Part shown: piece by piece, positions 7,453-16,018 of the stretch
Position numbering within the stretch: position 1 is the stretch's first letter
How the letters are laid out: every line of letters starts with the position of its first letter
Source of the DNA: Candidatus Auribacterota bacterium
GTDB lineage: Bacteria; Auribacterota; Tritonobacteria; UBA1439
Assembly: GCA_026392015.1 (NCBI GenBank)
Contig: JAPLCW010000146.1
Location: forward strand, 1-21,107
Direction: 5' to 3'
DNA length: 21,107 nt
Translations under genes and position numbers: made by a program
The notes under the pieces: generated by a model
The model's input: the letters and a program-made list of their open reading frames with translations, nothing else
Databases searched by the model: none
Told to the model about the DNA's origin: nothing

Positions 7453-7881
7453 AATGGAAGTAGGGCATAGCCAGAGAAGCGAAGACCCTAAGCGAAGTCG
7501 AAGAGACCTTGTCGAAGTAAGGGCAAGGGTGGGGGGGCTCTATCCCCCAAGACTGACAGTAGTGACTCAATTTGGATGCCTTTGATTTGTAGAGGTTCGA
7601 CGAACTTGTCCTGAGAGAAGCCGAAGGATCAAGCCCCTACAACATAGAATAGTTATATTCTGTATGTAATAGAGACACTGCCAGACTGACCCAGTACCGC
7701 TATTCAGGACGCAGATGAACGCAGAGCACGCAGGTACAAAAATGGTTCGAAGTGAAAATCCCAAGTCTGAAAGCTGCTGTTTTGCTAATCTTAATCTGCG
7801 TTATCCGCGGAATCCGCGTCCCAATAAATTGGGCGGGAGTGGTGATTGGGCTATTTTGCACAATGAAAGGAAGGTGGCAAG

Positions 7882-8820
7882 ATGAAAAGGTTGATGACAG
7901 TAACGTTTGGTGTGATCCTTGCGTCAGGTGTGGGCGGGATGGCAGTCGGTGGGAACATTGACTCCTCTGGCGCGCCTTCATCGGGCAGCGGAATGTATTC
8001 GCTCTCTCAAATCTATGACTATCTGAACTCGGGGACAGCGGCAACCATTCCCGGAAGCTTTCAGGAACCCGGAGCAGCACCCAGTTCGACGCTGAAGACA
8101 ACGAAGGAAATCTACGACGACATCAAGGCGAAGTTGGACCTGTGCGCAACCACCACCGCAGCGCATGTGAAAGCGGGCCAGTTATTCTTCTGCACGCAGC
8201 CGGGGAGCTGGGGTGTCCAGACGGGAACGCTCATTGTACCGCCGACACCGACACCTACGATAACACCCACAATAACGCCATTGCCAATTCTCGCATCCTG
8301 TAAAGCCATTAAAACAGCGATTCCTGGAGCAGAAAGCGGAACCTATACCATTGACCCGGATGGTTCGGGAGGGAATGCCCCCTTCCAGGCTTACTGCGAC
8401 ATGACCTCTGATGGTGGAGGATGGACTCTGGTAGTCCGGGTGGTGAACGATAGAATCCACTGCAACTCATCTGCGGCCGGCACACTCACCTCGCAGACGC
8501 AGGCCAACTCTGCCAAATTATCGGATGCGGTCATTAACGAAATTTCGACCGACTACTACAGGTTTACATGCGGATCCGTTACCAACTGGTTCGATGCTAT
8601 TGAAAAGACATTCCAGGCCGATGGGACCGGCGATACGACTATCACAAAGGCAAAAGCGACCGGGATCGAGGGTACGTGGTGCTACGGCCCCACCGTAGCG
8701 AGCGAAGGGGGACTCCGCAACGCCGCATGTTCGCCGACAAGCGTTTATGGGCACGTATCACTCGGCGGATGCTATGATTCGACGATCTGGGGGGCATCGG
8801 GATATATGTTCGCGCGTTGA
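7882..8820 (+). CDS. Secreted modular paralog: N-module subtype II, PT linker, fibrinogen-related-domain (FReD)-like C-terminal domain
   Basis: SCKAIKTAIPGAESGTYTIDPDGSGGNAPFQAYCDMTSDGGGWTLVVR matches the signature of the N-terminal half of fibrinogen C-terminal domains. It has a different upstream region (no U element) with a GGAAGGTGG ribosome-binding site. Stop is TGA. Confidence 0.8.
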   Translation: MKRLMTVTFGVILASGVGGMAVGGNIDSSGAPSSGSGMYSLSQIYDYLNSGTAATIPGSFQEPGAAPSSTLKTTKEIYDDIKAKLDLCATTTAAHVKAGQLFFCTQPGSWGVQTGTLIVPPTPTPTITPTITPLPILASCKAIKTAIPGAESGTYTIDPDGSGGNAPFQAYCDMTSDGGGWTLVVRVVNDRIHCNSSAAGTLTSQTQANSAKLSDAVINEISTDYYRFTCGSVTNWFDAIEKTFQADGTGDTTITKAKATGIEGTWCYGPTVASEGGLRNAACSPTSVYGHVSLGGCYDSTIWGASGYMFAR

Positions 8821-8984
8821 AGCGGCGCGAGAGTTTGCCGTGTTTTCCCGGGTGAAGCGGGGGCGATAGCCGCGCGTCGGATAGAGGTGGCGAAAGGGCT
8901 ATTATCATGAAGGCGATCCCGCGATGCAGGATTGGCCTGCTATGCTAGCCGTCGCGGGTCAGGGCATGCGGTATCCTCATCGCT

Positions 8985-9093
8985 CCCTGCCATCGGCGGA
9001 TTTAACCTCGGATCTTCTTACGCGAAGACTCGGAGTTATCTCCACCGGTGGGAAAGCGCAGAGCGCCCGCCCACCTGCGGATAGTAGTCATAT
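8985..9093 (-). repeat. 'D' 3' element copy 4 in reverse orientation, downstream of the minus-strand paralog
   Basis: The reverse complement matches the D consensus, including both hairpins. Confidence 0.65.
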
Positions 9094-9103
9094 TGTGTTT
9101 CCT

Positions 9104-10048
9104 CTACCTCGTGTAAAGGTACCCATCCTGGTCACCCGCAATACCCGGTAATATGCATCCGAAATAATCATCATATGCCCCATATATAGTCTTTGCCCCG
9201 GTGCCCGGTTGCCCATTACTCGTGACAAGAGCGGTACAATTTGATGGGTGGCAGTTGGATTCCGTTACGAATTCCCCAGTATAGGTCGTTTTATATTTCA
9301 TGATACCTGCTGTGCAGATACTTGTCGCATTAAAATCTTTGCCCGCTGCATCGAAGTAACACGACTTTATAGTGGTGTTGCCGCACGATAAACGATAGAT
9401 TTCGCTAGATATAGCATTTATTGACGCGTCAGACAGTTTCGCCGTGTCCGCCTGATCTGGCGCAGTTAGAGTGCCCACCGATGCTGTATCTATGTGCAGC
9501 CTGTTAGTTCCCTTCATCCTGACGACCAATGTCCACCCGCCGCCGTCATTGGTCATGTCGCAGTAGGCCGAGAAGGGAGCATTCCCACCGGAACCATCGG
9601 GGTCAATGGTGTAGGTGCCGTTGCCTGCAGAAGGAGTGGCCGTAAGAATTGCTTTACAGGATGCGTAAATACCATATGGGGTTGGAGTTGGCGGTACAAC
9701 TAATGTTCCCGTCTGCACCCCCCATCTTCCCGGCACCGTGCTGAAGAACTTCGTGCCACTCGCTACTTTGTCGGCAGTCGCGTCGCACATGGCAAATGAC
9801 GTCGCGACGGCATCACCGATCTGTTTTGTGGTTCTCATCGTTGATCCGGGCCCTGACGTGGGCTCCTGGAAACTGGTCTGCACCGTGAGCGCGGTGCCGC
9901 TCGTCAGGAAATCGTACAGGTTCTGGAGCGTATACATCCCGCTCCCCGCCGAAGGGGCCCCCGGAGAGTCAAGGCTCCCGGCAACAGCCACGCATGACAG
10001 GCCAACCATAAAAATCAAACTCAGAGCTACTGTGATTAACTTTTTCAT
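9104..10048 (-). CDS. Secreted modular paralog (inverted orientation): N-module subtype I, PT linker, FReD-like C-terminal domain; mosaic of the 6542-type N-terminus and 7882-type C-terminus
   Basis: Start chosen at MKKLITVALSLIFMVGLSCVAVAG (AAAGGA ribosome-binding site). YTIDPDGSGGNAPFSAYCDMTNDGGGWTLVVRM. Stop is TAG. Confidence 0.8.
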   Translation of the reverse strand: MKKLITVALSLIFMVGLSCVAVAGSLDSPGAPSAGSGMYTLQNLYDFLTSGTALTVQTSFQEPTSGPGSTMRTTKQIGDAVATSFAMCDATADKVASGTKFFSTVPGRWGVQTGTLVVPPTPTPYGIYASCKAILTATPSAGNGTYTIDPDGSGGNAPFSAYCDMTNDGGGWTLVVRMKGTNRLHIDTASVGTLTAPDQADTAKLSDASINAISSEIYRLSCGNTTIKSCYFDAAGKDFNATSICTAGIMKYKTTYTGEFVTESNCHPSNCTALVTSNGQPGTGAKTIYGAYDDYFGCILPGIAGDQDGYLYTR

Positions 10049-10104
10049 TTTGGTACCAATCCTTTCTTGATTCATTTTGAATTTGATAAAAGCGCGATTG
10101 CCAC

Positions 10105-10121
10105 GTCCCGCTCAGCGGGAC
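10105..10121 (-). terminator. Hairpin GTCCCGC-TCA-GCGGGAC downstream of the 10146-10967(-) gene; on the minus strand it is followed by a ..GCGCTTTTATC T-run or TATA-like box
   Basis: 7-bp perfect stem. T-rich tract 13 nt downstream on the minus strand. Confidence 0.4.
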
Positions 10122-10145
10122 TACAGCACTCGCGATGCAAAAGGA

Positions 10146-10967
10146 TCAGATACCTACCGGCGGGGCGCGGATGGGAGAAAGTTTGGCAAGACTGCTTCTA
10201 TAAACCGGCATATCGCAACACCGGATACGTGCACAGGAATCATCTTTTCCAATCCTTGGCAAAAAGACTGTCCAGGCATCATTGTCATATCTCTCGTGGC
10301 TGTTGCTCATCCCTGTTACGGAAACACAGCCGCCGGATATTTCAGAATCATCCGCGCCGCCCGAAAGCCTGCTCCTTGATTCATCCCCGATCTCTTTCCA
10401 AGGACCGGGATCTGTTTTCGCGAGATACTGCACGGTCCGGCCGGGCCCGAAATGCATCCATCCTGCGTTCTCTCCCCACGCATAGCCGTCAAACTGGCCG
10501 GTCTCATCCAGGTATACTCGCGAATGACTTGTGCGGAAGCTGACCCAGCCCGTAACTTCGGACCAGGCAAATCCTGACAGCTTGCCATGTCCATCGTTGT
10601 TGACTCCCCAGTCAGAGGAGCCCCGGTTGGAGTAGTGTTCCCCGTTCAGAGGATGGCCTTCGCCGAGACTCACCCAGCCGCAGTTCTCAAGCCATATCCA
10701 CCCCACCAATATATTCGAGCCGATCTTTAAGTCTGCATGTGTCGTCCTGAGATTTACCCACCCTGCGTTCTCCCCCCAGATCACGTCATAACCCGCTACG
10801 ATTCTGCCAGTCTTCGGTATGGCAACACCCGATTGCGGAATGCTGTCACTTCTTTCCGAGTTGGGGAAGAATGGAAAATCATAGCACTGAGGAAAGGGAG
10901 GATGTGCGGGTATGGCATTGGCAGTGGAGGCTGCGAAGAGGGCTAAGGCAAAGATAATTAGAGTCAT
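10146..10967 (-). CDS. Secreted repeat protein with tandem ~25-30-aa repeats carrying a G-W-[VIM]-x-[LF] motif (GENAGWVNL, ENCGWVSLG, AWSEVTGWVSF, AWGENAGWMHFG); family not assigned
   Basis: N-terminal signal peptide MTLIIFALALFAASTANA. Internal repeats are visible in the translation. The overlapping plus-strand ORFs lack features. Confidence 0.65.
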   Translation of the reverse strand: MTLIIFALALFAASTANAIPAHPPFPQCYDFPFFPNSERSDSIPQSGVAIPKTGRIVAGYDVIWGENAGWVNLRTTHADLKIGSNILVGWIWLENCGWVSLGEGHPLNGEHYSNRGSSDWGVNNDGHGKLSGFAWSEVTGWVSFRTSHSRVYLDETGQFDGYAWGENAGWMHFGPGRTVQYLAKTDPGPWKEIGDESRSRLSGGADDSEISGGCVSVTGMSNSHERYDNDAWTVFLPRIGKDDSCARIRCCDMPVYRSSLAKLSPIRAPPVGI

Positions 10968-11236
10968 AATATTTCCCGCAGGGGTGATAAAATCAACACG
11001 ACTACAATAACCCTTGATACATATACCTGCATATTCTGTGCCAACTTTACAATTTTTCCTTCATTAGTGAAAAATAGTTGTAATTGCTACGAGGCGAAGT
11101 AGTTGCAACTATATGCGCAAAGATACAGATTTTAAATGCATCCTAAAAAGCCCAATCTGCATACTTAGTTTATACCTCCGAGAGCCAAAAGTGTAAACTT
11201 ACTTTATGTCCGCGCTTGTACATGTCCGCGCTTGTA

Positions 11237-11458
11237 TATTGTAATACCAGCTAAATTCTGCTATCATCGAGAAACGAGTAGCGGGTTATATCGAGGAGAG
11301 TGATCGCTTACATACAGATCCGAAAAAGCAAACCTTAGAAAACTTAGGGGCACAAAGCCACGGGTCTAAATCCCGCCGTAGCGGGACAAGATGGCCGGAC
11401 TGCCGAAGATCTCTAATGAGATAAGAGGTAGTTCGGCTTTTTTATAGTTGGGGAAGGA
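11237..11458 (+). promoter_or_regulatory. Conserved 'A' element copy 2 (see 447-675)
   Basis: About 80% identical to copy 1. Hairpin GCCGAAG..ATCTC-TAAT-GAGAT..TTCGGC followed by T6. Lies about 340 nt upstream of the 11798 gene. Confidence 0.4.
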
Positions 11459-11797
11459 TATACTCCTGTAGTGCGTTTCCGGGGTCAAATCTTTATCCTT
11501 GAATTTTAGAAGGCAGGACAGCTTTCCGGCAGTTTGATGTAAATTGATTCTGGCGCAAAGTGCTGGGTCAGCGTGAGAAAGAGTGTAGCTTAAGTTTGTG
11601 CTTCATACTATTCAAGCCGCGGAGGTACGGAAAGGGCGGGGATGCAACGTGACATTGTTATTGCATTCTTTGCGCTTGATTCTGGCTACCCCCTGCTTCT
11701 CGGGAGGCAGGTCGGGCAGGCCCAAAGGGCATGGTTTCTGCGGTGGAATATATCATTCACCACTATTGCGGCCAAAAGAGAAAGGAGAGTTGAAAAG

Positions 11798-12598
11798 ATG
11801 AAAAAGTTGATGACGTTAGTGTTAGCTTTGATGTTTGCGGTCGGCCTGGCCGGTATGGCCATAGCCGGCAGTCTTGATTCACCCGGCGCCCCATCAGGCG
11901 GAAGCGGTATGTATACGCTCTCGCAAGTATATGATTACTTGAACTCGGGAATAAAGGCAACACCTGTCTCCGGTTTTCAGGAACCCGGCGCAGCCCCTGG
12001 TCCGACGATGAAGAGCACAAGGGAGATCTACGAGAGCATCGAGGCCAAATTTGACCAGTGCCCCGCCACTACTGCTAATGTGGAGTCAGGAGTGAAGTTC
12101 TTCTGCCATGTATCGGGAAGATGGGGAGTGCAGACAGGAACCGGGTTAATGCAGCCAACCCCAACCATAACCCCAACCATAACCCAAACCCCAACCATAA
12201 CCCCAACACCAGCCCCAACCATGACCTCAACCCCATGGGGATATCCTGATGTAGTCGTGATAGGTGGTATGTATGTTGCGAGCGATAAGGATGGTCTTGG
12301 ATGTGCGGGAGGTGGATCGAAAAATTGGACTGAGGCCGCATCCTGGGCAGAGGGCTTGGAGTGGTTAGGGGCGACGGACTGGAGAATGCCTACTGGGGGT
12401 GCGGGAGGAGAGCTGTCGACGATATGTGAGTACAGAAGTAGTTTAGGATCTTATTATACAAACTATTATTGGTCTGCCACTGAACTTTCCACATCGCTTG
12501 CGTGGGCAGTTTATACCTCTGAGGATCAATGGATGTGTGTTGTCTTCAATAACGATAAAAACGGACCATACCATGTACGTGCGGTTCGTACCAGATAA
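11798..12598 (+). CDS. Secreted modular paralog: N-module subtype II, PT linker, DUF1566/Lcl-C-terminal-like domain
   Basis: The real start is at MKKLMTLVLALMFAVGLAGMAIAG (ribosome-binding site GAAAGGAGAG); the track ORF from 11642 is an upstream extension. DWRMPT..ELSTICE..YYWSATE..VRAVRTR. Stop is TAA. Confidence 0.85.
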   Translation: MKKLMTLVLALMFAVGLAGMAIAGSLDSPGAPSGGSGMYTLSQVYDYLNSGIKATPVSGFQEPGAAPGPTMKSTREIYESIEAKFDQCPATTANVESGVKFFCHVSGRWGVQTGTGLMQPTPTITPTITQTPTITPTPAPTMTSTPWGYPDVVVIGGMYVASDKDGLGCAGGGSKNWTEAASWAEGLEWLGATDWRMPTGGAGGELSTICEYRSSLGSYYTNYYWSATELSTSLAWAVYTSEDQWMCVVFNNDKNGPYHVRAVRTR

Positions 12599-12721
12599 TA
12601 GATCATGCGGATCAAATTCGCAGTCCTTCCCCAATGGGGATTCAGAATTTGTGCAAGTCATAACAATCATTCATTTTCAATTTATTTTTTGGGTTATGGT
12701 TATATTGCATGACAACATGAT

Positions 12722-12836
12722 TTGACTATCCGCAGTTGGGCGGGCGTTGCGCGCTTTCCCATCTGCGGAGATAACTCCGGATCTTCTCTGGAGAAGATCA
12801 GTGATTTTATGTAAGCAAATAATGAGTGGGAGTAAG
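12722..12836 (+). repeat. 'D' 3' element copy 5
   Basis: Both hairpins are present (CCGCAGTTGGG..CCCATCTGCGG shows G-T and T-G changes that keep pairing with wobbles). Confidence 0.7.
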
Positions 12837-12884
12837 GCGGTCTTGTGGTGAAAGTTGAGCTGAGTATCCGGGCGGCGGCGATTC

Positions 12885-13040
12885 CCGGCGATACGGAAAA
12901 GTCCGGGCTCACCCAATACAAGGTACCCCCCCGACCAAGTGGGGTATATGTAATATGACAACGGTGATATACACATACTCTCTTACTCAAACACCGGGGG
13001 CAAGGACAAAAGGTATGGGAAAAGGAAGTGATGCGATGAG
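12885..13040 (+). repeat. 'E' element copy 1 (~150-nt conserved non-coding repeat: ACGGAAAAG.CCGGGCTCACCCAATACAAGGTACCCCCCCGACCAAG.GGGGTATATGTAATATG.CAACGGTGATATACAC...CAGACACCGGGGG..GATGGACAAAAGGTA.TGGGAAAGGAAG)
   Basis: Three copies: here, 18005-18165 and 19245-19380. Confidence 0.5.
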
Positions 13041-13058
13041 CTATCCATTTCGCTCTGT

Positions 13059-13099
13059 CTCAGGATGGCCCCGCCATTCGGCGGGCCAAGGATCCTGAG
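13059..13099 (+). promoter_or_regulatory. Long imperfect hairpin (CTCAGGAT-GGCCCCGCC-ATTC-GGCGGGCC-AAGG-ATCCTGAG) abutting a TTTATATA box, upstream of the 13208 gene
   Basis: Reverse-complement arms read from the sequence. TTTATATA at 13100-13107. Confidence 0.4.
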
Positions 13100-13207
13100 T
13101 TTATATACACATGGGCACTCGTGTCCAATTAGTAATAAAGGATCACCGATAATTTGGACGGGAGTGGGAAACAGGCCGGATGCGCACAATGAGAGGAAGG
13201 TGGAAAG

Positions 13208-14236
13208 ATGAAAAGGTTGATGACGTTAGTGTTAGGTTTGCTGTTCGCGATTGGGTTGGGCGGAATGGCCGTTGCCGGGAGTATTGATTCAACGGGTGCT
13301 CCCTCATCAGGGAGCGGGATGTACACGCTCCAGAATCTGTATGACTATCTGACGAGCGGCGCGGCGCTGACGGTGCAGACAAGTTTCCAGGAGCCCACGT
13401 CAGGGCCCGGATCAACGATGAATAGCACGAAGGAGATCGGTGACACGATCGCGGGTAAGTTCAGCCAGTGCAATGTAACCGCTGCCCATGTTGAGTCAGG
13501 CTGGACGTTCTTCTGCACGCAGTCGGGAAGCTGGGGAGTGCAGACGGGTACCGGGTTAATGCAGCCAACCATAACCCCAACCCCAACCATAACCCCAACC
13601 CCAACCATAAATATCGCATCCTGTAAAACCATTAAAACTGCAATTCCTGCTTCAGTCGACGGCGTCTACACCATTGACCCCGATGGTCAGGGGGTCGGGA
13701 GTGATCCCTTCTCGGCCTACTGCGACATGACCACCGGCGGCGGCGGCTGGACCCTTGCCGCGTTTAGAGGTTCTGGCGTAACTAATGGTGACACTTTCTC
13801 TAAACATGGGGCAGTCGTGACTAATTTCGGGGAATCTCAGTCATCCGGAGATTGGTCACTCGATATATGCAACAACAAAATCAACGAAGGTGCCGACTAC
13901 AGCGAAATGGTAATAACTTCAGGTATAACAGAAAGCCATATTATAAATGGATTTACGTACGCATGGTTTTTCTCTTTTAATGGGACATACAAGATTAGCG
14001 TGGACTGGGGCACCATCAATGAAGTTGGGACTTACGGTTGGAAATGTAGCGCTGGCGAAGGGTATACATCATCGAGCGCATGGCATAGTGCGGCGAATAC
14101 CTGGAGAACCGATGCAGGGGGGGGGCAGTGGATTACGGGGATGGAGACTGGTACAGGAGGTATTCTGTATTGGACAGTTTGTAGTGGTGCGGCTCCTCAG
14201 GGTTGGGAGCATCCGGGATATTTCTGGGTTCGCTGA
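13208..14236 (+). CDS. Secreted modular paralog: N-module subtype I, PT linker, FReD-like C-terminal domain (longer C-terminal extension)
   Basis: SCKTIKTAIPASVDGVYTIDPDGQGVGSDPFSAYCDMTTGGGGWTLAAFR. GGAAGGTGG ribosome-binding site. Stop is TGA. Confidence 0.82.
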   Translation: MKRLMTLVLGLLFAIGLGGMAVAGSIDSTGAPSSGSGMYTLQNLYDYLTSGAALTVQTSFQEPTSGPGSTMNSTKEIGDTIAGKFSQCNVTAAHVESGWTFFCTQSGSWGVQTGTGLMQPTITPTPTITPTPTINIASCKTIKTAIPASVDGVYTIDPDGQGVGSDPFSAYCDMTTGGGGWTLAAFRGSGVTNGDTFSKHGAVVTNFGESQSSGDWSLDICNNKINEGADYSEMVITSGITESHIINGFTYAWFFSFNGTYKISVDWGTINEVGTYGWKCSAGEGYTSSSAWHSAANTWRTDAGGGQWITGMETGTGGILYWTVCSGAAPQGWEHPGYFWVR

Positions 14237-14237
14237 T

Positions 14238-14382
14238 ATGGCCGCAGATTTGATCCGTTTTAGCCGTTGCCGGCAAGGGAGTGCAGTTTTCGAATTGCTC
14301 CCTGTCGGCGTCGGAGATAACTCCGGATCTTCTCTGGAGAAGATCAGTGATTTTATCGTAAACAAATAATGAGGGAAGGATA
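14238..14382 (+). repeat. 'D' 3' element copy 6 (hairpin 1 diverged, hairpin 2 and tail intact)
   Basis: Alignment to the consensus. Confidence 0.6.
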
Positions 14383-14626
14383 GAGCAGGATCACGGAATA
14401 GTACAGGGGCGATAGCATAATTTGCCGTCCACCTGAAAACATTGAGAAGGCACTAGACAAGATGCACAAGGAGCTAGAGAATGCAGAGGTATGCTTCGGT
14501 GATAAGTGCCGTCCTTTGTTTCATAGGTTTATCAAACGCTGGTTTAAGAGATACCCGGACAAGTAGGAGTTGGAGAGCCGGTTTATATATTACAAGGAAA
14601 TAATCAAACCAAAGGGGGGAGTACAG
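14383..14626 (+). promoter_or_regulatory. 'U' 5' element copy 4 (small-ORF peptide NIEKALDKMHKELENAEVCFGDKCRPLFHRFIKRWFKRYPDK; no ATG)
   Basis: Conserved sequence. TTTATATATTACAAGG. Ribosome-binding site AAGGGGGG. Confidence 0.55.
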
Positions 14627-15625
14627 ATGAGAACAACATTAGTGGTGGTTGTAAGCGTGATGTTTGCGGTCGGCCTGAGCGGAATGGCAGTTGCCGGGAG
14701 CATGGATTCCCCCGGCGCCCCATCATTGGGAAGCGGGATGTACACGCTCCAGAACCTGTACGACTACCTGACGAGCGGCGACGCGCTCAGCGTTGCCGGA
14801 GATTTCCAGGAGCCGAGCGCAGCTCCGGGCTCAACGATGAAGAGCACAAAGGAGATCGGCGACGCGATCAAAGCGTTATTCGAGCAGTGCCCCGTCATGG
14901 CTGACAACGTTGAGTCGGGCGTAAAATTTTTCTGCACCCAGCCGGGAAGCTGGGGAGTGCGGACGGGGACATTGGTTGCGCTGCCGAGGCCGACAGCAAC
15001 ACCAACGGTAACGCCGACAGCAACGTGGGCCTGCGGATCAACATTTACGGATTCAAGGGACGGCAAAGTATACAGCACCGTCCTGATCGGATCCCAATGC
15101 TGGATGAAGCAGAACCTGAATGTGGGAACAAGAATTGACACGGCGACCGATCAAGGTACCAGTTGTTCTTCAATACAGAAGTACTGCCGTGATAACCTCG
15201 AATCCGGGTGCGAAACATATGGAGGTCATTACCAGATGCCACAGGCTATGTGTGGATCAACAGAACCAGGCACCCAGGGCATATGCTTCGATGGATGGCA
15301 TGTTGCTACAGAAGCTGAGTGGTGTACATTACTCCACAGTTTAGATTCCACAGTGGTGTGTGGTTCGTGGGAAGGTCGCATCGGTACTAATGTAGGTACT
15401 AAATTGATGTTGTCTGGCCCAAATGATTTCTCAGAGATACTAGCGGGGTTACGGATAGCGGGGGGCTCGTTCGTCAACCTGGGTTCGGGTTATTTTCCAA
15501 GTTCGAATTTAAGGGGGGACGGCATGCATCGGCACATCGAAAACGATCCCCCAACGGGAGCTAATGTAGGAATACAAACCTGCCCACTGTCATTTGGCGA
15601 ATCCATCAGATGCCTCAGGGACTGA
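14627..15625 (+). CDS. Secreted modular paralog: N-module subtype I, PT linker, Fibrobacter-succinogenes-major-paralogous (FISUMP)-like C-terminal domain
   Basis: CGSTFTDSRDGKVYSTVLIGSQCWMKQNLNVGT matches the characteristic FISUMP opening motif. Stop is TGA. Confidence 0.82.
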   Translation: MRTTLVVVVSVMFAVGLSGMAVAGSMDSPGAPSLGSGMYTLQNLYDYLTSGDALSVAGDFQEPSAAPGSTMKSTKEIGDAIKALFEQCPVMADNVESGVKFFCTQPGSWGVRTGTLVALPRPTATPTVTPTATWACGSTFTDSRDGKVYSTVLIGSQCWMKQNLNVGTRIDTATDQGTSCSSIQKYCRDNLESGCETYGGHYQMPQAMCGSTEPGTQGICFDGWHVATEAEWCTLLHSLDSTVVCGSWEGRIGTNVGTKLMLSGPNDFSEILAGLRIAGGSFVNLGSGYFPSSNLRGDGMHRHIENDPPTGANVGIQTCPLSFGESIRCLRD

Positions 15626-15636
15626 GATTCGACAAT

Positions 15637-15742
15637 TTGACTATCTGCGGGTGGGCGGGCGCTGTGCGCTTTCCCACCTGCGGCGATAACTCCGGATCTT
15701 CTCTGGAGAAGATCAGTGATTTTATCGTAAACAAATAATGAG
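15637..15742 (+). repeat. 'D' 3' element copy 7
   Basis: Both hairpins perfect. Confidence 0.7.
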
Positions 15743-16018
15743 CGGAGGCTAGGCGCAGAATCAGGAAAGAAATAGGAGCATATAAACGGAATAAGGCAGG
15801 CGCTACAGCATGATAACCGACCACCTGACGACATTGAGAAGGCACTGGACAAGCTCCACAAGGAACTACAGAAGGCAGAGGTATGCTTCTGTGACAAGTG
15901 CCGTTCTTTGTTTCATAGGTTTGTTAAACGCTGGTTTAAGAAGTACCCGGACAAGTAGGAGCTGGAAAGCCGGTTTATGTATAATAAGGAAACAATCAAA
16001 CCAAAGGAGGGAGTAAAG
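15743..16018 (+). promoter_or_regulatory. 'U' 5' element copy 5 (small ORF out of frame relative to its ATG)
   Basis: Conserved sequence, TATA-like boxes, ribosome-binding site AAGGAGGG. Confidence 0.55.

Noticed and set aside
8924-9151. Plus-strand ORF 8924-9151 and other short ORFs overlapping D elements (4824-5027-, 5934-6164-, 12677-12990-, 14069-14365-, 15490-15897-, 16712-17008-)
   Set aside because: They lie across conserved hairpin elements. The repeated 'KITDLLQRRSGVI' translations are simply the D element read in a non-coding frame.
10067-10543. Plus-strand ORFs 10067-10543 and 10077-10379, and minus-strand 10316-10594
   Set aside because: They overlap the minus-strand 273-aa repeat protein, which has a signal peptide and internal repeats. 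These ORFs are Arg/Ser-rich with no features.
11642-11797. N-terminal extension of the 11642-12598 ORF (MQRDIVIAFF..)
   Set aside because: The family-conserved signal peptide and ribosome-binding site place the start at 11798. The upstream part has no ribosome-binding site and no similarity to the other paralogs.
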